Shown in pieces: positions 1 to 12,730 of a DNA stretch of 64,000 nucleotides; position 1 is the stretch's first letter, and every line of letters starts with the position of its first letter. This stretch comes from Octopus bimaculoides. Taxonomy: Eukaryota. The translations under genes were made by a program, and so were the position numbers. Under the pieces are notes generated by a model. That model had not been told where the DNA came from. It made no database searches and saw only the letters and a list, made by a program, of their open reading frames with translations. The DNA is taken from NCBI RefSeq assembly GCF_001194135.2, contig NC_068981.1, forward strand, positions 21,108,072 to 21,172,071, read 5' to 3'.

Positions 1-13
1 ATATATATATATA

Positions 14-45
<32 letters not shown>

Positions 46-65
46 GAGAGAGAGAGAGAGAGAGA
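1..65. repeat. Compound (TA)n(TAGA)n(GA)n microsatellite
   Basis: Read directly. Confidence 0.95.
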
Positions 66-714
66 AATGAAGTGTCAGTGTCCAAAATATTGACAAAAGT
101 ATCATTGCTCGATACATTAATGGTGCCCAATATATTACCTGAAGGATATAGGGCTTATATTTTTATTAAGTACCTTGTATATTGACTGATGGAAAATCAA
201 AACCCAACATTTTGGCTTATTGAGTATTACTACTTCATACATAGTATAATGGAGTACCAGTGACCCCGTATCTTGACTAATGGCATATCAGCTCTCCATA
301 TTATTTACTTATTTGATGCAAAATGAAACGGAAGACTACTATAAGTCATTTATAGTTTGTGTGACACTTTGTAAGGAACCAGTTTGAGGAGCGTTTAAAC
401 TTAAAGAGATAGAATTCAGTAGATTAAGTATGGAATAAATATAATGAAATAAGTTTGAATAAAACTTGCAATCACTGCAGAAAACAACAGGATGCATATA
501 TAATGTTTGTAGGGAAAATGATTTAGGCTTTTGAAAGCATCAAAATAAATAAGATTTATATGAATAAATGTTTGAGCAGATGTCATAAACACTACCTTGG
601 ATTATAACTACAAAATATTTTAGAAATAAGTAAAAGTTAAAAGAAGCAATTGAGAACATTATTTTATCCTAACCCTAGAACTGAGAAATAGATATTGATG
701 AAATAACTTTTTTG

Positions 715-915
715 CTAATAGTGGCAGAAGGCCAGGAATTTTGAAGGGCGGTGGAAGTTGATTACATCAACTTCAGTGCTCAACTGGCATTTTTATTTCA
801 TTTACTCTGAAATGAGGAAAGGCAAAGTCAACCTTGACAGAATTTAAACTCAAAATGTAAAGAGCTGGAAGAAATGTAGCTAAATATTTTGTTTAGCATG
901 GTAACAATTCTGCCA
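715..915 (-). mobile_element. SINE family A, degraded
   Basis: Aligns by eye to 54262-54484 (aggccag...caactggcattttattt...aaaggcaaagtcaacc...aactc). Confidence 0.7.
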
Positions 916-3766
916 TAGCATATTAATGAAATAATAGAAAATAATTTTCTTTGGTTCCAAATATAATTATACGATAACCCTTTTGTTACCATATTTCTAC
1001 TGAAATGCACTGTTTTGAAAATAATGAAAAATTTATTAAAATAATTGTTATTATTAAGCTGGGTTTGGAATATAAGTTAACATGGAGTTTTGATGGAAGG
1101 TTGTAATTTAAAACAAGAAATTTGTGTCATAAAACTAAGGGTGGTCTCATGTGGATTGGTATCAAAAGGTTTAATTATGAATAGATAATGATTTTAACCT
1201 TCAAAACTCGTAGCAAAATGGTCTTCATATTATTCTGAACTTGTTGCTCAACTTCTTTAAGTGATTGATACTGAATGAATCCGGTTCATTTCCAGTTGGA
1301 AGTGGAATCTGTAAGTGCCTTGATCATAACTGCATTGTTTTGAAAGTCTTACAAGAAATGCTAAGAGAATGTAAGAGCTATTCATCTGTCTTTTACTTGG
1401 TTTGAAAAGTTAAAGTCATATATAAGTAGATATTTTTTACACATCAACACAGAGCTTCTCATTCATGCAACCTGAAACATTTTCAATTTGACTCTGCCAA
1501 GATCTTTAGCATGAAAATGACCATATAAGATGCTCAGATTTGTTTAATGTAAATATCTATTAACATCAGTTGAAATAGGGTCTTCATTAGTGGGGGAAAA
1601 ATCTTGAAGAAGGTATAAGGCAAACAAGAAAGTCTTAAAATGAGTTGTGATGTTAAATAAAAACTAAAAAGAATAAATGGAAGTTAAGAAATAAAAAAAA
1701 AAGCTTAAGATCTAAAAATTCTACTTTTGCAATACTTTTCATTAAAATGAAATTGGAAAAGACACTAATTTAATGAACTTCAGTTACAGAATAATCATCT
1801 ATCTGTTCCTAAACTGAATAATAATTCTATTAAAGAGAGCACTCCTCCTACCAACATAGCTAGTCTGCTTCTGGTAGTTCTAAAATGGTTTTAGTATCAG
1901 AATGTTATCTGTCTTACTTCAGTTTTTAGAAAGTTGTTACCGAGTGCAAAGGTTTTAAGGTAGGGACAACAGGAACATCTAAATCACTCTCATACTGGCG
2001 TTAGTGTTAGTTAGTTGACACTGATGCATTGTTGAGATTCTTGCAAGTCAAAGAAACATCCTACCACAGATCGAGAGAAAACAAAGATGTTATTCAGAGC
2101 TAGGGAAGGAATTTTAAAGTCAGTTTGGATGGCAATTCCTCATGTCAACATTTCTGCCCCAGATTCTATTTCACTATAGAGATTATAAATAGAAACATAA
2201 AGTACGATAGACTACTATCTTCTATAGAAATTTAGACCTCTCCATGTTAACCAATGAGCTACAATAGTCTATTGAAGTTAGAAGTAATATGACTTTTAAT
2301 AATACAAAATATTTGGTACATCAAAGTTGTTACTTTGTATAGTCATTTGCTTCACTCATTGATCAAAACACTTAATTCAACCAATTAAACAAATATCAGA
2401 TCCTCTGGGAAAGCCTATCTGCAGTAGTTAAGCTAGAAATAAATTTCTTTTGACAGCCTTTCACTAACAACATTTATAGTAATATTGTAAAGTACGAACA
2501 AATTAATTGAAGACTATTTACATTGTTCAATAAAATCAGATTATTTTAGCAAAACTTTCAAGTGCTATATTTCTCTATTAGTTAGTCCTAGAGAAAATGG
2601 GGAGATCTAAAGTTGTTTAGTTAAGAACCCTACATGCTGGAGGCAGAAGTGGCGTTTCCAGAAGAAGGTTTGAAGTAGAGGTGTAAAATATAAAGAATTA
2701 GTTAAATATTTTTATTGAGTATGTGAAAGCATTGGATAAAATATTTAATAAGAAAATACTTCTGGAAGAACAATAGTTGGTCCAACATCTATAGTGAACT
2801 TACTGTAATGTTCCACATATCCTATTGCAATTTTACATTAAATCTAACTACATGCATTTATTGAATGTCTGATACAAAAATAATCTAGCTAAAAGGTATT
2901 TGCTGTGAGATCTCAAATGTAAATGCTTATATTTGTAAATCTAGTCAACTTGATGTAGATCAGGAAACAAACTCAATATGTAGGTTCCTAAAGTAATATG
3001 ATTAATGATCAGTAAGTCTGGTGATGTTGGCCAAACATTTTGGAACGGATAAGAAATTTGAAATGCTGTGAAGTTGTGAGAAAAGTAAAAATATGGCATC
3101 TGAATATGATAAAATGGTTTTCAACTAGGTTATAGGAATCCCCCAAGAGGTTGAAGAGATTACTTTGCAGCTATGTGGTTCTATGTTCAATTTCACAGGA
3201 TGGAACCTTGGGCAAGTATTTTCTACTATAGACTCGAGTTCACCAAAACAGTGCATCTTACACACACACATATATATATATAATATATATCATGGAAATG
3301 CACTGAATGCATATCTACCGTGAATATCACTTTTTTCCCTGACAAAGGAGCCATTCTCTGAAAATAGATTTCAAGATTCATTTTTTACCTGGGAAAATGA
3401 ATCTCAGAAACAGCTATTGGAATATTATCATCTAAAATTGTAACCTGAAACCTTATTAGATTAACTTTTCAGTATCTTTTCAAATCTTTTCAAAAATGTT
3501 ATCTATATTCTTATCTTTTACTATATTATCACTATGTTTCTACACTCATATATCCATATATATTTTTAATATTCCTATATTTTTCTATGTTTGATATATT
3601 AATATATGTTTTAATTTTAGATGAATTTTATCTTGATCAACTCTGCACATGGTGAAAGTGGTTTGCCTAATCTGAACTTTCTCCTTTTATTTTTTATACC
3701 TGCCTAATGTCTCAGGTTTGACTTCAGTACTTTCTATAAGAAAAAATATAACTATATATATATATT

Positions 3767-4170
3767 GGGCCTCACGGAGGCAAAGTGGCTGAGTTCCTTT
3801 ACGAGCATTGAGCCCCACAGAGGCGAAGTGGCTGAGTTCCTTTCAAGCGTTGGGCCTCATGGAGGCAAAGTGGCTGGCATGTAAATACACCCCATTGTCA
3901 TGCAAATGGCACCAGCCGTAGAAAACCAGAAGCCCATCATGTGTGTGGTTGTTTTACTGTCTCCTTGCCTTGGCATCGTGTGATAAGTTAGCATCACTAT
4001 CATGCATATTATATCCTTCATTTCCAATCTCATGTGTCTGGCTATGGGAAAATATTACATTGCTTGGAAATAGCTGAGTGTTTGCAACAGAAAGGGCATC
4101 TGGCTGTAGAAACAAATTCTGCCTGATCCACGCAAGCATAGAAAAGTGGATGTTAAAACAATGGCGGTGA
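3767..4170 (+). mobile_element. LINE 3'-end-type repeat with internal 42-43 bp tandem triplication
   Basis: gggcctcacggaggcaaagtggctgagttccttt occurs about 2.6 times at 3767-3876; tail aagggcatctggctgtagaaac...gtggatgttaaaac is shared with other copies in the window. Confidence 0.6.
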
Positions 4171-4744
4171 CAATGTTGAATATATTATTTTTCTTTTACA
4201 TGCTTCAGCCCTGAAACTGTGGCCATGCTGGAGCACTGCCTGTATTAGTGTAGGATAAACATATACATATAGTGTAGGAGGAAACACAATACTTGTCAGT
4301 ATTTAGATCCAACAGAGTTATGTCTCTTTTTGCCAAGATCATCTTGTCTCCTTCAAGATTGATTAAGTACCTGGCAAGATACCGTGGGTAATAATTAATT
4401 AAACCCCTTGAAAGCTATGTCAAAATCTTTACAGAAGTAATTCACCACACAGAATTACATTGAATTCATCATCACTTTAATGTCAATTTATAAACCTTAT
4501 TTAATGAAAGTATAAAGAATATTTGGTATTTTCATAAATTTTGGCATCACCATCACTTTCATCATTATTTAACATCCACTTTTCTCTGCTTGCATGGCTC
4601 AGACAATTTGTTGAGATAAATTTTCAATGGCCAGATGCCTGTCCTGCTACCAAGCAAGACAATATTTTCCCATGGTCAAATATGCTTTTTATGGAAGACA
4701 GGAAATGAACGTTACTTCTATGATGACAATTTACTACCATTATG

Positions 4745-4930
4745 TGATGTCTAGATAAGGATACACACAAATGCACGCATATATTCATGATGGACTTTGT
4801 TTCTGCCAACCAAGATCAATTCAAAGCTATAGTAGAAGATACTTGCCCAAGGTGCCATGCAGTGAGACTGAGCCCCAAGACCACATGGTTGGGAAGCAAG
4901 CTTCTAACCTATACAGTCATACCTGCACTG
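4745..4930 (-). mobile_element. SINE family B
   Basis: ctatagtagaagatacttgcccaaggtgccatgcagtgagactgagccc...cttctaacc. Related copies at ~3165-3250 (+), ~51005-51150 (+), ~54620-54780 (-) and ~56840-56990 (-). Confidence 0.7.
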
Positions 4931-5084
4931 ATTATGTGTTAAATATTTGGCAATAATAAATGTTGATTCTTTAGAGAAAGACATATAGTAAACCAGAGAT
5001 GATCTCAGTTATCAGTTTTACAGTGACTAATACTCTATTGTCACTTATACTTCTCAAGTTTAGCTGGCACTACGCATCTAAATA

Positions 5085-5215
5085 TTGGTTTCAAATTTTG
5101 TCACAAGGCCAGCAATTTCAGGGGTAGGGTAGATCAATTAAATTGACCTGTGCTCAACTGGTACTTATTTTACTGACTCTGAAAAGATGAAAGGCAATTC
5201 TGCTCACTGCCTTCA
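5085..5215 (-). mobile_element. SINE family A, partial
   Basis: ttcaaattttgtcacaaggccagcaatt...ctcaactggtacttatttt...gatgaaaggc. Confidence 0.75.
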
Positions 5216-5904
5216 AAATGTTAACAATCAGCTATTAAAGACAAAATTGTAGAGTAGTGCAAAGGTTGGACAACATATATAGACAACTGTATATTAGTCA
5301 AGGGATGTTTACTTTTGGAATCATAATTTTACATTGCTTTTTTTTTTTTTTTTTGCACTAGCAGGGGTTGGGTGCACACTGTCTCATAATTATTTTTATC
5401 TCCTTTGTGAAGTTGTTTTCACCATATTTTCTCTTCCACATAGAATACTTGACACTTCTTCACCCAATTGTCATCCTTCAAAGCACCATATGTCTGTGCC
5501 AGTTCCAGTTCTTCAGCTGCACCTCATGGTTGATTTCTCGAATACCCACTCTTTTACCCTCTCAGCTCACCCGAGCTCTGTAAATCATACACACTGATAT
5601 TACACATCTGACAGAGCATGCTGTTTGGGCTGATGTAATGGTATTAGTTTGTTTCAAGGGCAGAAAGTTAGAATTGCTTGAATAAGTTTTGTTAATAAAA
5701 CATAGAAATTATCTTTCATCTCAACTTATGTTATGTTATAGAAATTTTTATAAAGCACAATGACCAACTGAACAAGATGATTATTTATCTACTAAAGAGG
5801 GTAGAGTTCATATCGAATTACTGTTGCTATGTTCTATATAAGACACAAAAAGTTTATCTACTTCACTTTTCTGAAAAGAACAACTGCAGAATGATGTAGT
5901 GGTC

Positions 5905-6195
5905 AGCTGGAGATTGACCAAGTTTCAGGATTTACAGTGGGATACTGACCAGTAATTTCATGGCCTATGGTGGACACTGACCAGTTGTCTAATGGTCAAT
6001 AATTTGGTGTACAGTAGACACTGGTCAGTGGTTTGTTAGTTTACAATGGAGACTGACAAATAGTTTGATGGTCTATAGTAGAGACTACTCAATAGTTTAA
6101 TAGTCTGCAGTAGAGATGGTCCACAATGGAGGCTGACCAACAGTTTAATGGTCTACAGTAGAGACTGACGAATGGTTTAAATGTCTAAAGTGGAA
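5905..6195 (+). repeat. Degenerate 32-bp minisatellite
   Basis: Units gactgacaaatagtttgatggtctatagtaga (6051-6082) and gactactcaatagtttaatagtctgcagtaga (6083-6114); about 8-9 units, some truncated. Confidence 0.8.
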
Positions 6196-6299
6196 AAGTC
6201 AAGTCTTCTGCATTTATGAGAATAGAACTTTGAAATTATTGAATATTAAAATAATGAAATGTGGATTACAGAACTGTGAGAGCATCAGACAAAATGCCT

Positions 6300-6405
6300 G
6301 AGGCATTTAGTTAAAGTTGATTTACATTCAAATTCTGCCAAGGTCAACTTTGTCATTCAGCCTTCTCAGTTATAAATAAAGTATTGCACTGGGTTCAGTT
6401 TAACA
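6300..6405 (+). mobile_element. SINE family A, partial
   Basis: ttcaaattctgccaaggtcaactttgtcattc. Confidence 0.6.
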
Positions 6406-7875
6406 GTCCTATAAAGCATCCTAGATATGAATGGAATGAAATTAGAACAGAGAAACAGTTCATAACAGGATTATCAAACCAGTTGGTAGGAATGGGACAT
6501 CACCTTGAAGATCATATGTTCTAAAATAGGTTGTGTGTTGTATAAAAGAACATATAGCCATTTTATGAAAAGGATGACTTTCTTATGCTTTTAGATTATT
6601 ATCATAATAATTTTGGTGCTGAATGTTTCAGTTCATCCCTCCCAATACTAGATGCCAAACTGGTGCTAATTACAGCTCAAAACTATTCAGTAATACTATG
6701 TTTTAACAAGAACCTGTACCTATTCAGATTTAAGATTTATCAGTTCTCCTTCTACATTTGCCTTACTATATCATAACAAATGTTTGGTGTAAAGTAATCA
6801 CATCTATTCACAAACATTTCCTGAAAACGTCTTAAATTTTATTATGCTCTCATTCATATTTCCATTGTATACTGCTCTTAACACGGAGTTTATAATATTT
6901 CTATGGAGTTAAGGTGCAACTCAGTGTAAAGAGACATTGTCTACGATATCTCGGTGTGATGCTGACAACACCAAGATATGAATGGCAATAACAAAAGCAA
7001 CAGCAGGTTTGAAAATAGTACAAGTTTCAGCTTTTCTCATCAAATATATTTGTTACAGTGGTGTTAGGGTTAAGATGTGTGAAAGTGGACTGGATGTGGG
7101 TCAAAACCTGACACCTTCATTGCCATATTAAACTGAACTCATAAGTTTTATGTAAAAATCTAAGGAAATCAAAACAAGAAATTATGATAATAATAATAAT
7201 ATTTGTCTTTTTATTCAAGAGGAAGATTTCACTGAAGATGATCAGAATAAATATCTCAAGATTATACTTACAAATACTTAAAAACAAATTAAAACAAAAA
7301 AAATATATGGTTTAATCTGACAAAAGTTTTAAGGAAAAAAATGTAAAAGTATGTAAAAAATCCTACCCAGCTTATAGTATATTGGTCATATTTGAGAGAT
7401 CAGTGCTTGAAATTCCCAGCATGGTGTTTTGTTTAGCTAGCTGCAAGACTTTAATAAATCTCTCACCTAAACTAAATTGTAAAACTAACAGAACCAAACA
7501 GGACAGTTTACCCTGCCAATCTCAAGCAAGACAGGTTTAATCAACAACAAAATGCCAGCAAATTTGGGATGCCCACTCTTACATCATATAGCTGATATTT
7601 AGTTTGCTACACTCTGCAAAACACCATGGTTGTGACGCAGAAAGGCTCAGCAGAAAATTATTATTTTTTTTAAAATATAAAATATAAGAAAAAAAAAGTA
7701 AACACATTGTTAATAAGTATTGAAAAAGCTAGAGTAATTTGATAATAAAATTTAGTTATGTGAAATTGCTTCTTCATAATATATCACACAGGCACACCAC
7801 ATATAGAGCTAATAGTACATTAACATTATTTTCAACATCACAAACAATTAATATTTAAGATGTTCATAAAATATA

Positions 7876-7881
7876 TTTATT
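7876..7881 (-). promoter_or_regulatory. Candidate distal poly(A) signal AATAAA
   Basis: Minus strand reads AATAAA-tatattttatgaaca, followed by ttgtttgtgatgttg (GU-rich). Another AATAAA is at 7210-7215. Confidence 0.45.
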
Positions 7882-8947
7882 CACAACTAAAATGTAAAAA
7901 GAAGTAACTCTGTTGACAAATCTTGAGAATATCAACAGTAACCACATTACTAATCACTGGTCATCTCAACTAAATGCTTTCATTCACAAGTGTGCAACAA
8001 ATTTTGAAAAAAAAAAAAAAGCCTTTTGTTTTTATTTAGCCATCTCAGAGAAAGTAAAAGCTTTATTCAAAAGAACTGCTAAACCCTCACACTTAAAAAT
8101 CTTTTGAAAATAACGTTTTTTTTTTGTTCTTTTTCCGTTGATAATTTAATGTAAAATAAAATAAAACCCAAGGAATTTACACCTATTAGCTTGTTTTGTT
8201 TTTATACAAATAGATGATTAAATTTAGTTAACCTGTCTTTCCCTAAACTAAACAGTTAAAAATTCAGACATGGATAAGTTTAGATTTAGATGTTTTGTTA
8301 AATTACTTGTTACTTTCCACATTAAAAATTTAATAGATTTTTTTTTTTTTTTAATATGAAAATGGCTAAAACAAGAATTGGTTTTGAAACTGTCATTCTG
8401 TCAACAGTTTTCAGATATAAACCTCATTTGTCATGGAACGTTTAAAAGTCATCATAAATAACATGTTTTTTTTTTTTTAAAGAAAAGACAAAAATAAAGT
8501 AAGCAGCAATTTAGATGTTGATAAAATGCTAAATTTTTATTTCATTTTAATGTAAGAGGGAGAAGAAGACAAACAGTTGTAGATTTGTTTGGGCTGTATG
8601 CCAGCTCTGACTTACACAAGATCATCAGCTTTAGATTGTAGCCTACAACTATATCGGACAGATTGACTGACTGCAGACTACACCTGACGTATAGAACATA
8701 CTATTGTCCATGAGGAACTGTTAAAAGTATTAGATCAGTGGTAAAAGAAGCTTGCATGAGTTGTAGGGTTGTGAAAGGGTGATTACAAACAGCATTCAAC
8801 TGATTGGTGGAGGAATGAAGAGATCATCGGGCACTGATCAGTCAATAACACTCATGCAGCAGCAGTACTACAGTAAACTCACGGGAGACAGACAGAAACA
8901 TTAAGCCAGACAACTGAAGGGTTTAAAGCAGTAGTATTATTACCGGC

Positions 8948-8987
<40 letters not shown>
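8948..8987. repeat. (TAG)n microsatellite
   Basis: Read directly; source of the poly-Tyr ORF at 8940-9158. Confidence 0.95.
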
Positions 8988-10784
8988 ATAAGTCACCAGA
9001 CAGCTGTTATAGGGAGTGGATTTGTTAAGAGAAAGCAGAATAGTGAAAGTGTGTGTGTGTGTGTGTGTATGGGCAGGGGAGGAGGAAGAGGAGGTGGAAG
9101 AGGGATGCAACCAACCATTCTTCACAAACAGTAGCAATGAATAAACAAGTTCAAACATACAAAACTAAAGGGGCAGTTCTCACAATGGTCTGATGTGAGA
9201 GAAAAGGTGTACTTTTAGAGAAATCAAAGAGAAAATAAAGTTTGTGGCAGAAGTGTTTTACATCTCCATGTGTGTTTGTATGTGTTTGTATGTGTGCTGT
9301 AAATACAGATTAGTTTTGCTTTTCCATTGTATTTCACCATATAATCATAATAATAGTAATAATAATAATAATTAAATAAATGGTGGCATGATATTGGCAA
9401 AATAGTTCTGGTTTGTAATATTTAAATTAATTTTGGATTTTAATTTCATAAATAGTATATATTATTGAATATTTTTTCGCATTTTTTCTAGACAACAATA
9501 TGAAGCTACATAATGAATATTGTGACATATAAAACACTTAGTATAGCCCATATGTTTCATACAATTGTCTTTAATCATGAAACTGATACAGTGTAATGAC
9601 ATGACATGATTGCAGAGCTGGTAGCTCAGCATCTTTAAAGTCAGTGTCAATGCTGTTAGCACTGAATACATTCACCTCTCGTGCTGCTTCATAACAAAAC
9701 AATAAAATACATCACAGATTTGTTCCCTGATTCAGACAGGTCTAGGAAATTCAAACTATGCAACTACATGAGAGGAAATCTGCAATCTGCTGCTCATGGA
9801 AACAAAATAGAAGTAATATAAATAAACAAAAACAATAAAATGTGTAAAATAAACAAAGAAAACAACAAGTAGAAAGACATGTTCAGCCACATGCACACAA
9901 GAGTGAAGTTAGAAAGAGATATAGAGTTGACAGAGATATAAATAGCTGAGCACAACATCGTTTTATCAACAACATTCAGCTAATAAGAACTAAATGTGAA
10001 CAGAAATTATTCTGATGCTAAAATGCAGTTGAATGTTGTGGGTGAAATATTCACTGTATTGATTTGTGTTAGAATGTTAATTAGTTAAATAGAAGTAGTA
10101 TGTTTGACCAGTAGTCAACATGTACAATTCAGAGCAGTATATATGAACAAGAGAACATTGCCAAATCAGCAACTGTTATAAAGTTAACAATAAAATGTTT
10201 GCTTTTTTTTTTCTTAAATAATTCAATTTGTTTATTGGACTGGATTATAAAAGCAACAACTTTGAGATAATGTTTTGCAGTTGTTAAAGATAGTCCATGC
10301 TGTAATGGTTACGTAGTTTGGAAGTTTAGAATGACACATTTAGGTTGCATGAAGTTCTTTTTGTATTTCTTTTTAGAAAAATCCCTTTTTTTGTGTTAAA
10401 TTATAAGAAAAATGACTATTTGAAAGCCTGACAGTATGCACATGAGAAAATGTGGCTGTTGTGGTAACTCCAGCTTGTAGACTGAAATAATACAGAGCTA
10501 CATAGAGTGCCAACCTGTGCAACATCTCCTATTGACACACTAGTGTTCACACTGTAAAAGACACAGACACACTCCAGTGAGGACAAGAAAGCTGAAAATA
10601 CACTGTTCACCACAGAAGAAAAACAATCAGAATAAATAGAAATTTTTAATTTTGTTTCCCAATATATTTTTTCATAGAAAATTCTATATTGGTTTAATTA
10701 TTTGAAAACAAAAAATAAATTATGAAAAAAAAAAAAAAGGCATGTTCATTTTAGAACGTCTAACAGCACAACTATAACAACAAC

Positions 10785-10785
<1 letters not shown>

Positions 10786-10820
<35 letters not shown>
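10786..10820. repeat. (TAA)n microsatellite
   Basis: Read directly. Confidence 0.95.
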
Positions 10821-12365
10821 TTTCCTTATATTTTGTTAAATTATTGTCAGTGTGTGGAGGTTAATTAATGATAGTGGAACTAGTTAGCCATAAAGAAATT
10901 AAGAGGAAAGATGTAGTTATGAAGTAGTTAATAAGGTCAGCTGCTGTACATCATATATAAAAAAAGTAACACATTTACCCCATTCCAAGAAGACTAAAGC
11001 AGTACCCATCCTCTCCATCATCAACTACAAAATTATTTTCCATAACTAATTCTAAATATGCTAAATTCTATTCTTTTTTTTTTTTACATGAATTTTCTTC
11101 AAAACTAGAATAAAAAAGGAGAAAGAAGTTCCTTCAATATAATTGCACTTTAAGGATGTATCTGTGCTGAGTGTGGAAGTAGTTTAGTATTTAACTTTAC
11201 TTCTAAAATATGCAGTAATCTATTAGATAAAGCAACAAAGAGTAGTAAGAGAGGTTGGACCAACTGAAGTGAATGTGTCTAATGTGAAGGTGAGCCCAAA
11301 ATACCTAGTTGAAAATATATTAGGGACCAGAAGAATCTGGTAATATGAACATAAGGACACTGACAATAATTATAATTGAAGATAATGTAAGTGGGATGGA
11401 AGAAGAGGTAAAATATGAGATGAATACAAAATATAATAGATAAAAAAATAGAGCTCAACAGCCAAGTGTTCAAAGTGATAAATGATAATAGGGAGGGGAG
11501 AAAGACAAGTAGAGAATATCAGAAAATACTGATATATCAAGAGAAATAGACCTAAAGGAGTCATAAGATGAAACCAGAAATTTCACTGCCTAACTTATGA
11601 ACATTTCAGTTCGAGTGAAATTATAGTTTTTCATTTGATGCAAATATTGTTTTAGTTGTTTGGTAAAAAGGTGTTACCATGGCAGCAAGGATGCGCAGGA
11701 TCTTTTGAAGATAGCAATAAAAAAAAAAAAAATGAATATGTTGAATAAACATTAAAAAGAAATATTTCATAAAAACAGCAGCCTTACTTTCTTCCACTGT
11801 ACATTTAGAAACAACATCTAGAAGACAAAATCATCTGTTTTTGCATTAGTTTAAAGTGTGCATGAACGACAGCTCTGAGCATGAGACTTAATCAAATCGA
11901 AGATCAAGTCAACTTTCACAAGGTATTTCATTCTTTTAAACTTTTCTCATAAAGTTAAAGAAATAATAGATACAAAGTTGTAAGTCATATGCATTAGGTA
12001 TATAATTAACACCAAAACTCTCTAATTCATGCCATTGTATATATATTACAATTCTCTGAAAGATTTTGAAAAATAAACAAATTCTCTTTCACATCGATAG
12101 GATAAATAGATCGACCACTGACAAACAGCATTAAATCTTATGTCTGCAATAACAACACTTATTTCAACAAAGCCACTCTTCAAACACATTAAATCATGTT
12201 CCATACACTTCTCATAGATCAAGTTCCTATGACTATTGGTTTCTGGTAAAGACTAATAGCAATGTCAAATGAAGAGACTAATACAACCTTAATATTGTCA
12301 TGGTGAATGGTGAATATATGTGTATGTTGCCACCATAAATAATTTTCTTGCAGGCATTTAATCAT

Positions 12366-12382
12366 TATATATATACATATAC

Positions 12383-12413
<31 letters not shown>

Positions 12414-12425
12414 TANNNNNNNNNN

Positions 12426-12460
<35 letters not shown>

Positions 12461-12507
12461 CACACACACATATGTTTATAGGCATATGTAAATATGTTTA
12501 TATATAC

Positions 12508-12538
<31 letters not shown>

Positions 12539-12568
12539 TACAAATATATACATACATATGCACACACA
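12366..12568. repeat. Compound (TA)n/(CA)n microsatellite containing a 10-N gap
   Basis: Read directly; gap at 12416-12425. Confidence 0.9.
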
Positions 12569-12724
12569 TGATGAAGAGTTTAAAATCTACAGAAGAAAAT
12601 AACATAATTAACAAGTATACTAAATTAATGAGACTATAAAATAACAAGATCCAACAAATAGCTAACACACACACTTGAAAAAAAGATAATAAAAAAACTA
12701 TTTAAAAGCATTTGTAAAACTTAG

Positions 12725-12730
12725 TTTATT
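12725..12730 (-). promoter_or_regulatory. Candidate proximal poly(A) signal AATAAA
   Basis: Minus strand reads AATAAA, followed about 25-50 nt later by tttttttattatctttttttcaagtgtgtgtg (U/GU-rich downstream element). Confidence 0.45.

Noticed and set aside
5367-5384. ORF 5334-5597 contains GCTLS, matching the G-alpha-o N-terminus MGCTLS
   Set aside because: Wrong strand, downstream of the gene, no Met at the right place and no continuing similarity; chance match.
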